DNA of 63,156 nt, counting the filler. It is 6 parts of 6 records of this genome, joined end to end, with 100 filler letters (N's around TTAATTAATTAA, not from the genome) between each part and the next. Parts side by side here need not be neighbours in the genome. Positions count along the whole stretch, not along the records: positions 47,447 to 55,654 come from SRR31147125_15336; positions 55,755 to 63,156 come from SRR31147125_15343; 4 more parts are not named here. One strand, written 5' to 3'. Positions 51,947 through 62,607 of this stretch are shown here, one piece after another. The notes below the pieces were generated by a model. The model saw only the letters and a list, made by a program, of their open reading frames with translations, did not search any database and was not told the DNA's origin. The translations under genes and the position numbers were made by a program. Every line of letters begins with the position of its first letter. The stretch's first letter is position 1.

Positions 51947-52443
51947 ATGAAAATTAATAAAAACTTGGCTTTAATTGGGATGCCGGCCGTGGGAAAGAGC
52001 ACCGTGGGGGTGCTGCTGGCAAAAAAGCTGGGATTTGCCTTTCAGGATACAGATATCCTCATCCAGACCCAGGAGGAGATGACCCTGGCCCAGATCATTC
52101 AGGCAAAGGGGCTGGAAACCTTTCTGGACATTGAAGCCGGCCACCTGCTGAGCCTGAACTGCCGGGGCTGCGTCATTGCCACCGGGGGTCTGTGATTTAT
52201 CGGGAGGCAGCCATGGCCCATTTGGCACAGATGGCCACCATTGTTTATCTGAGTGTTGATCTGCCCGTGCTCATGACCCGGCTCTCTGATCTGGCTGCCA
52301 GGGGGGTGGCCATTGATCCGGGGCGGGGGGTGGATGACCTTTACAAAGAAAGAACGCCTTTGTATGATAAATACTGCCATATGAAAATTGATTGTAAAAC
52401 CCTGTCTCCGGGCGAAGTGGTTCAGGCCATCGCAGGGGGCTGA
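51947..52443 (+). CDS. aroK: Shikimate kinase, apparent frameshift in the G-run near 52186
   Basis: LIGMPAVGKSTVG, DTD, VIATGG(S)VIY, ERTPLY. Confidence 0.9.
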
Positions 52444-52472
52444 CCGGTTAATTTAAGGATAGGTGATCGTCT

Positions 52473-53416
52473 ATGGGTGAGATGCTGACCACTCGGGAAG
52501 TGGCTAAATTCCTCCACGTTAATGAAAAAATGGTCTATTCCCTGATTTCAGACAAAGGGCTTCCTGCGTCCAAGATCACCGGGAAATGGCTGTTTCCCAT
52601 TGATCTGGTCCGGCAATGGGTGGAGACCGGGACAGAGAATTATCCTGAAACAGCCCAGCTTCCCCCCTACCACGGCCTGGTTTTGATTTCAGGGTCCAAT
52701 GACCTGCTTTTGGACCGGCTCATTTCCACCTTTAATATCAAGCACCAGGAGCACCTGGCCATGTTCGGCATCACCGGCAGTATGGGGGGCTCAAGGCGCT
52801 GCGCCGAAACCTCTGCCATATCGCCACCAGCCACCTTTTGGCCGACGACAATAAGGACTATAATTTTTCCTATATCAAGGATGAAATGGTTCACGCCCCG
52901 GCTGTTGTCAATCTCTGCCTTAGGGAGCAGGGGCTTCTTGTTCAGAAGGGCAATCCCCACGGCATCGCTTCTGTGGCCGATTTGAAAAAAAAGGGATTTA
53001 AGGTGGTGAACCGGCTTTTGGGCACCGGTACCCGACAGCTTTTTGACCGGGAGTTGAAACAGGCCGGTATCCGGGGAGAGACCCTGTCCGGCTATGATAA
53101 TTGCGTGGCCAGGCATATGGATGTGGGCCTGGCCGTCCAGGCCGGCAGGGCCCATGCCGGGCCGGGTATCCGGACGGTGGCCAATCTTCTGGATCTTGAT
53201 TTTATCTCCCTGGGCTGGGAGCGGTTTGATCTGTTGATTAAAAAAGAGCGGTTTTTTGATCAGGGCGTTCAACTATTTCTTTCCCTGCTTAAGGGCAAGG
53301 TGATTCAGCGCACCGCCGATGAATACGGTGGATATGACCTGACCTATACCGGAAAAATGATTTACCCTGAAACCGATGGGGAAACCGCCCCAGAGGAGAA
53401 AACCGAGTCTATCTGA
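52473..53416 (+). CDS. Excisionase-type HTH fused to a molybdate-binding (PBP-like) domain; apparent frameshift in the G-run near 52786
   Basis: LTTREVAKFL....VY..I....LPA.K..GKW.F; GSND, GS.GG, REQGL.V.KGNP, NR..G.GTR, ERFDL. Confidence 0.85.
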
Positions 53417-54122
53417 TCCGGACTTCCTTGACAAAGGGGGCCACCAGGCGTTTGAGTTCTCCCATCTCCTGGTCCGTAAAAAAATGGGACCCGTCATTGG
53501 GAAAGCCCGGATCCAAAACATCCACATTCCTTGAACAGGGCTGGAGGATATACAGGGCCGCGCCCGAGATCAGGGCCCCGATCTTGGGCATGATTTCCCG
53601 GGTGACAAAGGGGCGGGCGCAGGTGGTCCGAAATTCGTAGGCCGGGGCCCGGTCCATGATCAGTCCGATGCTTTCCCGGATCTTTTCCACATCTTTTTCC
53701 CGATTCTCGTCCCGGCCCTTCATGATCCCGGGGTAATGGGCCGGGTCGGTTTTAATGTCCATGGCCAGATAGTCCACCAGATTTCGATCAAAGAGATCCG
53801 CCAGGATTCCGGGCCGGGTGCCGTTGGAATCCAGCTTGATTTTGTATCCCATGTCTTTGATCTGTTTGCAGAACTGGCCCAGATCTTTTTGAAGGGTGGG
53901 TTCCCCGCCGGTGATGGCCACCCCCTGGAGCAGGCCCTGGCGCTTGTTCAAAAAGGCCAGAACCTCATCCAGGTCCCATGTCGATGCCGTGACAGAACCT
54001 GTCGCAAGTTCTGGGTTATGGCAATAGGGACAGATGAAATTGCAGCCGGGTGTAAACACCACGGCTGCAATCTGTCCGGGGAAATCAATGAGGGAGTTCT
54101 TCTGAAATCCGCCGATGTTCAT
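53409..54122 (-). CDS. nrdG: Anaerobic ribonucleotide reductase activating radical SAM enzyme
   Basis: SLIDFPG, GCNFICPYCHN, ITGGEPT, YEFRTT; follows nrdD. Confidence 0.92.
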   Translation of the reverse strand: MNIGGFQKNSLIDFPGQIAAVVFTPGCNFICPYCHNPELATGSVTASTWDLDEVLAFLNKRQGLLQGVAITGGEPTLQKDLGQFCKQIKDMGYKIKLDSNGTRPGILADLFDRNLVDYLAMDIKTDPAHYPGIMKGRDENREKDVEKIRESIGLIMDRAPAYEFRTTCARPFVTREIMPKIGALISGAALYILQPCSRNVDVLDPGFPNDGSHFFTDQEMGELKRLVAPFVKEVRIR

Positions 54123-54139
54123 ATGATGAGACCCTGCCC

Positions 54140-55654
54140 TTAGGAGGCAGCCTTTTCCGGGGCCTTGTCCGCGCTGACCTTATGGGTGTTATAGGTTTTT
54201 CTCATGCAGAACTCGGTCTGTTTGCCGTTGTTCCACTGGCCCACAGGCCGCAGATACCCCACCACCCTGGAATATATTTCCGTATCTGCGTTGCAGGTGG
54301 TGCATTTGGCATGCTCTCCTGAAATATACCCGTGGGAGGGGCAGATGCTGAATGTGGGGGTCAGGGTAAAATAGGGAAGACGGAAGCTGTTGGACACCTT
54401 GGACACCACCTGTTTGACCACTTCTGTATCTTTGACCTCTTCTCCCAGAAACAGGTGCTGGACCGTGCCGCCCGTATATTTGGTCTGGAGTTCGTCCTGG
54501 AGTTCCAGGGCTTCAAAGAGATCATCCGTATAATTCACCGGCAGATGGGTGGAATTGGTATAAAAGGGGTCGCTCCCGTTCTGGAATTCTTCCTCGTTGG
54601 CGCAGAGGATGTTTTTAAATTTCTTTTTATCCAGGTTGGCAAACCTATAGGTGGTTCCTTCGGCCGGTGTGGCTTCCAGGTTGAAGATTTCATCGGTTTC
54701 CTCCTGGAGGGCTTCAATCTTGGACCGGATATGGTCCATGACCCGGACGGCAAAGGCCTGGCCCTCCTTGGAGGCGATGCCGTTTTCCGTACCCAGGAAA
54801 TTGACGCAGGCTTCGTTCATGCCCAGGATCCCGATGGTGGAAAAATGGTTCCGCCAGTATACCCCGGTGCTTTCCTTGATTTTTCTCAAATAGAACTTTG
54901 AATAGGGGTAAAGATCTCCATTGGTGAATTTTTCAAGGATTTTCCGCTTAATGCCTAAAGATTCCGCTGAAATATCAATGAGTTTATCCAGGCGTTCATA
55001 AAAGTCCGCTTCGTCTTCGGCCAGAAATCCGACCCTGGGCAGATTCAGGGTGACCACGCCGATGGAACCGGTCAGGGGATTGGCCCCGAAGAGCCCGCCG
55101 CCCCGTTTGCGCAACTCGCGATTGTCCAGGCGGAGCCGGCAGCACATGGACCGGGCGTCTTCAGGGTCCATATCGGAATTGACAAAATTGGAAAAGTAGG
55201 GAATCCCGTATTTGCCGGTCATTTTCCAGAGATTGTCCAGCCTGGGATTGCTCCAGTCAAAGTCATCGGTAATATTGTAGGTGGGAATGGGAAAGGTAAA
55301 TACCCGGCCCTTGGCGTCCCCTTCCATCATCACATCGGCAAAGGCCGCATTGATCATGTCCATCTCTTCCTGGAACTGGGCATAGGTCTCTTCCTGTATT
55401 CCCCCCCGATGATGATGGGGGAATCCTTTAGGGTGCCGGGGACGTTCAGGTCCATGGTGATATTGGTAAAAGGGGTCTGGAAGCCCACCCGTGTCGGGAT
55501 ATTGATATTGAATACAAATTCCTGAAGGGCCTGTTTCACCTCTTTATAACTGAGTTTGTCAAACCGGACAAAGGGGGCCAGAAGGGTGTCAAAATTGGAC
55601 ATGGCCTGGGCACCGGCCGCCTCCCCCTGGAGGGTGTAGAAAAAGTTGACAATC
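54140..55654 (-). CDS. nrdD: Class III anaerobic ribonucleoside-triphosphate reductase, 5' truncated, apparent frameshift near 55404
   Basis: FTFPIPTYN, SMCCRL, TGSIGVVT.N, EATPAE, YTGGT, CxxH/CxxC, YSRVVGYLRP glycyl radical motif. Confidence 0.95.
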
Positions 55655-55754
55655 NNNNNNNNNNNNNNNNNNNNNNNNNNNNNNNNNNNNNNNNNNNNTT
55701 AATTAATTAANNNNNNNNNNNNNNNNNNNNNNNNNNNNNNNNNNNNNNNNNNNN
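55655..55754. other. Artificial contig spacer
   Basis: N44-TTAATTAATTAA-N44. Confidence 0.99.
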
Positions 55755-55775
55755 ACCCATAATGCCTATATTCAT
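55755..55775 (-). CDS. Possible start of a Rossmann-fold oxidoreductase (MNIGIMG...), cut by the contig end
   Basis: Only seven codons; beta-strand/Gly pattern; promoter upstream. Confidence 0.35.
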
Positions 55776-55794
55776 CCATAACCCCAAAAAATGT

Positions 55795-55890
55795 ACTGAA
55801 TCAGTTCTCATTTTTTCCAGCAAATGAAAAGATTCATCTCCCAGGGCAGACAAATCATATCCAAATTACAACTGAATCACTTCTCATTTT
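55795..55890. promoter_or_regulatory. Pair of 20-bp direct repeats, putative operators
   Basis: ACTGAATCAGTTCTCATTTT at 55795-55814 and ACTGAATCACTTCTCATTTT at 55871-55890. Confidence 0.6.
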
Positions 55891-55918
55891 ATTGTAAGTC
55901 ATAAGTGGGATATGTCAA
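55891..55918 (-). promoter_or_regulatory. Sigma70-type promoter
   Basis: TTGACA-N16-TACAAT on the minus strand. Confidence 0.6.
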
Positions 55919-56045
55919 CAAAAAATTTATGGAAAATTTATATTGGGCGGATTGTGCAATGAAGTGACATAAAAAAAGGAGATAACAAAAATCCCCTCGT
56001 GAAATCTTGTTTACAAAAATAATGCTTTAGTAATTTGGCTTCTCT

Positions 56046-56435
56046 CTATACCCTTTTATTTTGACCTCTTATGAATATAACCAATCCAGCTGCCGTTGCT
56101 GCGACAAAAAATACTAGCGCTGTAATTGTGAAAATAAGAGATATTGGCTCGTCAGTTTCGTAAAGACCGGATACTACATTATGAATAATCGAACCAACAA
56201 TAAAACCTGATAAAGAAGCCCCAGCCACTATCAGTAAAACTTGCAGTCTTTTCATCTGATTTTCAGACAGCCACTTTTCTCCTTGGTCTTTCAACTCATT
56301 CTTCCGTTGTTTCCAAACCTCTCTGACTAAGTATATCCAGACTAATAGTGTCGGCAACCCAACTAACAATGGACTTATTAAAGTTAGCGCTATACCAAGT
56401 GCAACCAAAATGCCAATGAGAATATTCCTTTTCAT
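56046..56435 (-). CDS. Hypothetical membrane protein
   Basis: 3-4 hydrophobic segments; AAGGA/GGGAG RBS. Confidence 0.65.
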   Translation of the reverse strand: MKRNILIGILVALGIALTLISPLLVGLPTLLVWIYLVREVWKQRKNELKDQGEKWLSENQMKRLQVLLIVAGASLSGFIVGSIIHNVVSGLYETDEPISLIFTITALVFFVAATAAGLVIFIRGQNKRV

Positions 56436-56474
56436 TCCTTTCTCCCCTATTAGTGCAACAAGGCCTGTGAGTTT

Positions 56475-56684
56475 TTAATCCTCTTTAAGACTTTGCAAAA
56501 CATTCTCAGCCTTCTCAAAATCTTCATCTCTTACGAGTACTTTTGCCCCGCTTGAGGTCATGAGATACGGCCTTGCTCCGCCGCAGTCATCGGCTTGAAT
56601 CAAACAGGGAATTGAATTCTCTTCCAGAATTGATGCGAACATTTCCGCTTCCGGTCGTATACTGCAGGTTTTTATGATTTTCAT
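56475..56684 (-). CDS. DUF2007-like putative signal-transducing small protein
   Basis: EAE...SILE...IPC.I..DD.GG, V.V..ED.EKA; GAGGAGG RBS. Confidence 0.75.
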   Translation of the reverse strand: MKIIKTCSIRPEAEMFASILEENSIPCLIQADDCGGARPYLMTSSGAKVLVRDEDFEKAENVLQSLKED

Positions 56685-56899
56685 AATCGAATCCTCCTCA
56701 ATCGAAGAAATTCTTACTCATTATCTCCTTGTTTCAATATAATTATAGCACAGTTCTGAAATCAATACCCTGACTGTTGACCTGCTGATAATCATTCTCT
56801 GCTCACAATCACACTCTCAGCACTGGACTGTCATGCCATAATCAGGTATTGTCCTGTTGGCATGTAAAGAACGCCGATCATACAAAACAGGATACTAAT

Positions 56900-58726
56900 T
56901 TGGGAAATAAAATAGAGAATAAAGATATACGCAATATAGCAATAATCGCCCATGTCGATCACGGTAAGACTACCCTGGTTGATGCAATGTTCCGCCAGAG
57001 CGGTGTATTCAGAGATGGCCAGGTGCCCGATGAACGCATTATGGACAGCATGGATCTGGAACGGGAGCGCGGGATCACCATCGCCGCCAAGAACTGCTCA
57101 ATTGTCTGGAAAGATACCAAGATAAACATACTCGATACACCGGGACACGCCGATTTCGGGGGTGAAGTAGAACGTGCCATGTCGATGGTAGACGGGGCAA
57201 TCCTGCTTGTTGACGCTGCAGAAGGTCCCCTCCCCCAGACTCGTTTCGTCCTGGGGAAAGCCCTGCAGTCAGGATTGAAGCTCATGGTCGTCATAAATAA
57301 AATTGACCGCCCCGATGCCCGAACCGCGGCTGTTCTTGATGCAGTGTATGACCTGCTGATAGATCTGGATGCCCATGAAGACCAGCTTGATTTTCCGGTC
57401 ATGTATGCCGTTGGTAAGGATGGTACCGCATCAACCAGCCTCGAAACACCAGGTACCGACATGCGCCCCCTGTTCGATGCAATTGTTGATTATATCCCCG
57501 GACCCTATTACGACACAAAAGAACCTTTCCAGATGCTCGTTTCAGATTTATCACATTCTGACTACCTTGGACGGCTTGCTATCGGCAAGGTGGTGAATGG
57601 AAGCCTGCAGGCACGAGAACGACTGGTCTGCATGGGGGTTGATAATACCATGACACCCCTGAATGTTTCCCATCTGCAGGTCTACAGCGGAAATACCCTG
57701 ACCGATACCAAATCTGTTAATCCCGGAGATATTATCGTGCTTTCCGGCATCGAAAATGTACATATAGGCGATACTATCTGCCATACCGATAATCCCAAAG
57801 CCCTGAAACGCATCACGGTGGATGAACCGACAATCGCCATGCGTTTTACCGCCAACAGCTCACCTTTCAGCGGCCGTGAAGGTACGCAGGTGCAGTCAAG
57901 CAAACTTCGGGACCGCCTGAAACGCGAAACCCTGAAAAATGTCTCCCTGCAGATTGAGGAGCAAACTGGCTCTGAAGGCATCATCGTGAAAGGCCGCGGC
58001 GAATTTCAGATGGTCATATTGATGGAAACGTTGCGGCGGGAAGGTTTTGAGTTCTGTGCCGGTCAGCCTGAGGTTATCTTCTATTACAAAGATGGTAAAA
58101 AGCTGGAACCCATTGAACACCTCTTTGTTGACTGTGAAGAGAGTTATGCCGGTGTGGTAACAGAGAAACTATCCAAACGCAAAGGATTGATGTCAGCCTA
58201 TGTGAACCATGAAAGCGGCCGAGTACGATTGGAATTCACCATCCCCTCCAGGGGATTGATCGGATATCGTGATGAGTTTCTCACCGACACACGCGGAACC
58301 GGCCTGTTAAATTCATACGTTATGGGGAATGAGCCGTACAGAGGTGACTTTCCCACACGACAGAGTGGTTCACTGATAGCCGACCGTCAGGGAGAAGCTG
58401 TTCCGTATGCCCTCTACAACCTTGAACCGCGGGGAATCATGTTCATCACACCTGGAGATCCCGTGTATGAAGGCATGGTAATAGGAGAACACAATAGAGA
58501 TAATGACCTCAATGTGAATCCCTGCAAGACAAAAAAACTTTCGAATATGCGCGCTTCCGGTAAGGATGACGCCGTTATTCTCACCCCTATTCTGCCGATG
58601 ACGCTTGAACGGGCTATTCAGTTTATCAGGGAAGATGAGATGGTCGAGGTTACACCGAAATCCATTCGTATCAGGAAGAAGATTCTCTCTGCTTCTGAAA
58701 GGAAAATTGTCAGTAAACGGGTTTAG
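56900..58726 (+). CDS. typA: Translational GTPase TypA/BipA
   Basis: RNIAIIAHVDHGKTTLVD, ERERGITI.AKN, DTPGHADFGGEVER, GRGE, PSRGLIG, EVTPKSIR. Confidence 0.97.
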   Translation: MGNKIENKDIRNIAIIAHVDHGKTTLVDAMFRQSGVFRDGQVPDERIMDSMDLERERGITIAAKNCSIVWKDTKINILDTPGHADFGGEVERAMSMVDGAILLVDAAEGPLPQTRFVLGKALQSGLKLMVVINKIDRPDARTAAVLDAVYDLLIDLDAHEDQLDFPVMYAVGKDGTASTSLETPGTDMRPLFDAIVDYIPGPYYDTKEPFQMLVSDLSHSDYLGRLAIGKVVNGSLQARERLVCMGVDNTMTPLNVSHLQVYSGNTLTDTKSVNPGDIIVLSGIENVHIGDTICHTDNPKALKRITVDEPTIAMRFTANSSPFSGREGTQVQSSKLRDRLKRETLKNVSLQIEEQTGSEGIIVKGRGEFQMVILMETLRREGFEFCAGQPEVIFYYKDGKKLEPIEHLFVDCEESYAGVVTEKLSKRKGLMSAYVNHESGRVRLEFTIPSRGLIGYRDEFLTDTRGTGLLNSYVMGNEPYRGDFPTRQSGSLIADRQGEAVPYALYNLEPRGIMFITPGDPVYEGMVIGEHNRDNDLNVNPCKTKKLSNMRASGKDDAVILTPILPMTLERAIQFIREDEMVEVTPKSIRIRKKILSASERKIVSKRV

Positions 58727-58952
58727 TATGTACAGTACATATAATTTGCGGGTATGGCGGCACGACAACAGTAATCCATAATCCAACGGTGATATTGACT
58801 GATCCAAAAAACCAAAGTATATTTTTACCTTCTATTCAAACTGGTTGAAGAGAAGGGGTAACCCTTAAATAACCGTGAGTAGCCCGGGCAGAATACCGGG
58901 CTGTTCTCCAGTCCTGATTTATCTGCCCTCACATCATATAAGTGAGGATACA

Positions 58953-59687
58953 ATGAAAGAATATATAACAGAAGCCGAACAAACCTTGCGGGCATTATAC
59001 GCGGAAACCTATGGGATTACGACGGAACAGCTCGATGAAGCAGGTAATGCCGTACGGATTATCGATGCCCTGAGCAGTGAAAACAAACTCTATTTCACCC
59101 GACCAGTCAAGAAAAACTTAATCACTGTTTCACCCGAAGTTGCCGAGGTCTTGGGCAGCGATTTCCTCAGCATATGCAGTCTCGATGATCTGGCAAAACA
59201 CTTCGTCGGATGGGAAATAGAGGATCGCTACCCTCACCTCATTATCGAAGATAGAATTGCACCGGAATACACCCACCCCAAAGGGTATGAAATCCGAAAA
59301 ATTGATCCGGCTGACCATGAAGCCATTAAGGCATTTCTCGCACGCAATAGTGCTGATGATATTGAAGATGCACTGATTGATCCCGACGATCCCGATGAAG
59401 AGATCCGTATGGCGTATCACAACGGCCTCCCGGTAGGATATGCCGGATACAGGGTTTGGAAAAAGGGTTTAGCCGATACAGGAATTCTTATTCATCCGGA
59501 CCATCGAGGTAAAGGTTTAGGTAAATCACTGGTTGGAGAAGTTTCTGCTGCCTGTCTTGAAAATAACCGGATCCCATTATGGCGCACATGGGATGGAAAT
59601 CCAGCATCATACCGGATCGCCGTGCATAGCAGATATAAACTTCAATGGAAGACCGAAGTATATCAGTGGAAAGCATTAATCAAGTGA
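58953..59687 (+). CDS. GNAT family acetyltransferase
   Basis: DTGILIHPDHRGKGLGK acetyl-CoA motif, N.AS; GAGGA RBS before ATG 58953. Confidence 0.8.
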   Translation: MKEYITEAEQTLRALYAETYGITTEQLDEAGNAVRIIDALSSENKLYFTRPVKKNLITVSPEVAEVLGSDFLSICSLDDLAKHFVGWEIEDRYPHLIIEDRIAPEYTHPKGYEIRKIDPADHEAIKAFLARNSADDIEDALIDPDDPDEEIRMAYHNGLPVGYAGYRVWKKGLADTGILIHPDHRGKGLGKSLVGEVSAACLENNRIPLWRTWDGNPASYRIAVHSRYKLQWKTEVYQWKALIK

Positions 59688-59834
59688 GTTTCAGTAAGTT
59701 GCTGCAGAAGTGATGGCGGCTATTACGGCTTTAGGGTTTGGTTGTACTCGCTATCCTATTTCTCTGATCTGTTTCTGAATACATCGAAAATACGATCTTT
59801 CTTGCAGCCAAAATAACAATTAGAATGTTCCTTT

Positions 59835-60521
59835 TCATTGATTCGGTCCAATTGGATTTGGGGCAACTGCATACGGTGCATCGAAACGCTTTTCAAATGC
59901 GTTATTCGATTTGAGATTTTTATTCCAGTAATAGTTGGTTAAACCGATTTTTGTCAGCAGCTTGAATACGAATTGTGTCAAAGGTGATTGGGTTTCTTTA
60001 CCACGCAGCAACTTGAGAATATCCTGGCTGTATGGGACTCCTGATTTAAACTCAAAAGCTAATTTACTTATTGCTGCCTGCTTTTTCTTCAACATTTTCG
60101 GCGGCATCAACCTGAATCCTTCACTGCCTGGAATAATAATAACTCCATGATTCCTACATCTCATAATTGAAGAAAACCGGTTGAGGTATCTTTCCAATGC
60201 CCTGTTTTGAATTGCTTCACTAAACCCGGAATGGATAATAAATGTGATGTGCTTATCTTTTAATTGGGGTTTTATTTCAGCGAGAATCTCAAAAAAATGT
60301 TTGACCTGCCCCGGCATACCATCAACATAAAGGGGAAATACAAATAATATATCCGTGTAGTCACCTATTTCGCCGGCATATTTCTGATGCTGCTTACTTT
60401 TATTCAGATAATAGATGGGAATATCATCACTAGTATCATAACCTTCTACAAACCAGGAACTGATAACCGCTGAATTGCTTTTGCTGCCTCTTGGACTTCC
60501 GTTATATACGATTAAGGACAT
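59835..60521 (-). CDS. Flavodoxin-fold NAD(P)H-dependent oxidoreductase
   Basis: YNGSPRG..SNS, FPLYVDGMPG, SGF.E. Confidence 0.75.
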   Translation of the reverse strand: MSLIVYNGSPRGSKSNSAVISSWFVEGYDTSDDIPIYYLNKSKQHQKYAGEIGDYTDILFVFPLYVDGMPGQVKHFFEILAEIKPQLKDKHITFIIHSGFSEAIQNRALERYLNRFSSIMRCRNHGVIIIPGSEGFRLMPPKMLKKKQAAISKLAFEFKSGVPYSQDILKLLRGKETQSPLTQFVFKLLTKIGLTNYYWNKNLKSNNAFEKRFDAPYAVAPNPIGPNQ

Positions 60522-61047
60522 TTTTCACTCCTTCAACCTGGTCGATAGCCTCGAAATAGTTTACGGCAGTATGAAAATTCAAACTCATTCTTTTATAAGT
60601 ATACGCAATAAGATCAATATCCTCAGAAGTACTTTCATGATCTTTGAATAGCAGAACATTTATTTCCGGCATCTTTTTATATCGCTCTCCATGATGCATT
60701 TCACCCTTATATATAGTTATATAGGGAAGTAGCAGTGGTATACTGCGGTCTTTATATGTTTTCAGTAATGCAGATTCATACCCTAGAATAATTGGGGAAA
60801 TAAAGAGCACTTTATCAGCGGATGGGAAACGGCTTATGATTTGCTCCTGGTCATCTTTAATTGCACACCGCCCTGGGGTTTTCATCCAGCAATCCCAACA
60901 ACCTGTGCAGTAATGGATGTTCATATCCCGCAATACAAAATAGTCTATAGCATCCTCAGTATTGTTGCGGATTTCTTCCTCTAGAGTTGTCTCATAACTG
61001 CTGAAGTCACTTGTGTTTGGTATACCATTGATAATGAGTAATCGCAT
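60502..61047 (-). CDS. Flavodoxin/iron-sulfur flavoprotein family protein
   Basis: CTGCWDCW.KTPG.C..KDD, SP...G..SA.LK...DR. Confidence 0.8.
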   Translation of the reverse strand: MRLLIINGIPNTSDFSSYETTLEEEIRNNTEDAIDYFVLRDMNIHYCTGCWDCWMKTPGRCAIKDDQEQIISRFPSADKVLFISPIILGYESALLKTYKDRSIPLLLPYITIYKGEMHHGERYKKMPEINVLLFKDHESTSEDIDLIAYTYKRMSLNFHTAVNYFEAIDQVEGVKNVLNRI

Positions 61048-61201
61048 TTCTTACATACCTCCTAGCTGTTTGGAAGGTTGGGTGTTCATAAGCATGCAGA
61101 TAATTTCAGTTAAAATACCCAATGAAGAACATCATCATCCTCAGTATATCATACTTACTCTTAAGAAAATAAATTAAGATCCTGTGCAAAAGAGTAATAA
61201 T

Positions 61202-61288
61202 ATGATGATCTATCGATATGCAGCAAGTGTTTCACATACCGGTATATTCATTGAACAGGCAAGACAACTTGCCCAGAAAGCTAAATAG
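61202..61288 (+). pseudogene. Remnant paralogous to the 3' end of the 62608-63037 gene
   Basis: AASVSHTGIFIEQARQLAQKAK* versus AASSSNTSVYIEQARQLALKAK; 22/23 nt identity between 61250-61272 and 62990-63012. Confidence 0.65.
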
Positions 61289-61320
61289 AGCCGTATAGAT
61301 TCACTAATATATTCACTACC

Positions 61321-61890
61321 TTACATCGTGTTATCACCATTCCGATATGTGCCAATTATATGACCACGAGCAAGTATATTAGCGGAATCGCCATCAGCTT
61401 TGTTGAGTTTTTTGACAATGTCTCTGTACGATTCGTTGTAATCAAGTTTACCAACAGCTTTGCTTGGCTGCTGCTTAAGAGCGAATACTTCAATACGGTA
61501 ATCATGGACACCTGACCCTTTTGGAGGATATGGTCCAACATAGATTTTTTTGTCCGTATATTTACCTTCCTCTATCTCGGTGGCAGTAATGTCTGTCACA
61601 ACAAAATGCAGCCAGTCAGCACTGTCATCAAACATAACAACAGCATAAAAGTTCGCACCTTCTACCGGTTCCCATCTTACGGCTGGGCTTAGGTTTTGTC
61701 CAAGCGGACTGTTCGGTTTTTTATCAGCGGCTGTTACGGTTAAAAGTTTGCCATCTGAAATTGATGTTGAGGAGACCATTATTGTTGGTATTTCCGCGCT
61801 TGAGTTGGGCATATTACCGCTTGACGCGCATCCGGCAATTAAGATCATAACAGTCAGTATAATTGTGGAAACTTTCAGTAATTTTTTCAT
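61321..61890 (-). CDS. YbhB/YbcL (PEBP-like) lipoprotein
   Basis: IAGC lipobox; N.SP...W, W.H.VV, YVGPYPPKG.G.H.Y...VFAL. Confidence 0.85.
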   Translation of the reverse strand: MKKLLKVSTIILTVMILIAGCASSGNMPNSSAEIPTIMVSSTSISDGKLLTVTAADKKPNSPLGQNLSPAVRWEPVEGANFYAVVMFDDSADWLHFVVTDITATEIEEGKYTDKKIYVGPYPPKGSGVHDYRIEVFALKQQPSKAVGKLDYNESYRDIVKKLNKADGDSANILARGHIIGTYRNGDNTM

Positions 61891-62121
61891 GTCAGGGCTC
61901 CTTTAACCATAATTTCGACAGTACTTATTCCATTAACTCTTTTTCGAACTATAGCATACTTATGAGAAAGGCACAAAAATTAATATCCTGATCAATTAAG
62001 CCGTTTTATCATTTTTCTGGTGGAAAATCAGGCATATCCAGGTAATCTCATCCCTAAGGTTGATATACAAATTTCTGATTTGCGCTGATACTGCTTCTAA
62101 TTGCTTCTAGAGGAAATCAAA

Positions 62122-62313
62122 ATGATATTCGCAATTATTTTACTTCTCATTTATCTCATTGCATATTTTCTTGGATTCAATATTATTCAACCTAACCGTC
62201 CAACCCTTGAAGTTTCACAAACTCATTTATTCCAGCAACTGGCAATAATCGGGATAATTGGTTGTACTATTCTGGTTCTGGTATTGCTGATTGTCCGCAG
62301 GTCAAAGAAGTGA
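62122..62313 (+). CDS. Small two-TM hypothetical protein
   Basis: GAGGA RBS; two hydrophobic helices; basic tail. Confidence 0.5.
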   Translation: MIFAIILLLIYLIAYFLGFNIIQPNRPTLEVSQTHLFQQLAIIGIIGCTILVLVLLIVRRSKK

Positions 62314-62607
62314 GATACATCACATCTCAGATAACAATTCAGTTTTACATTCTCATTGGATCCGGGAGTTAAGCATCCACTTAACTGCAAGGTACAAAAC
62401 ACTAATAATATAATTCTTGTTTTCATGTATACAGAGAGGGTTCCAGACACAATATTTAGTGGAGAACAGGTTTTTACGGTTTTAGTGCGGCTTGAAAAGA
62501 CACTTAAAAAGGCATAATCCTTGAATTATGGATATTTGGGTACTATGATTAATAAGATTGATTACGCCAAATTCAAGAAGCATGAAAATCTGTCAGGAGA
62601 TTAAGGA

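Noticed and set aside
52473-52640. Excisionase-like HTH as a prophage or ICE marker
   Set aside because: It is fused to a molybdate-binding domain among housekeeping genes, with no integrase or att site.
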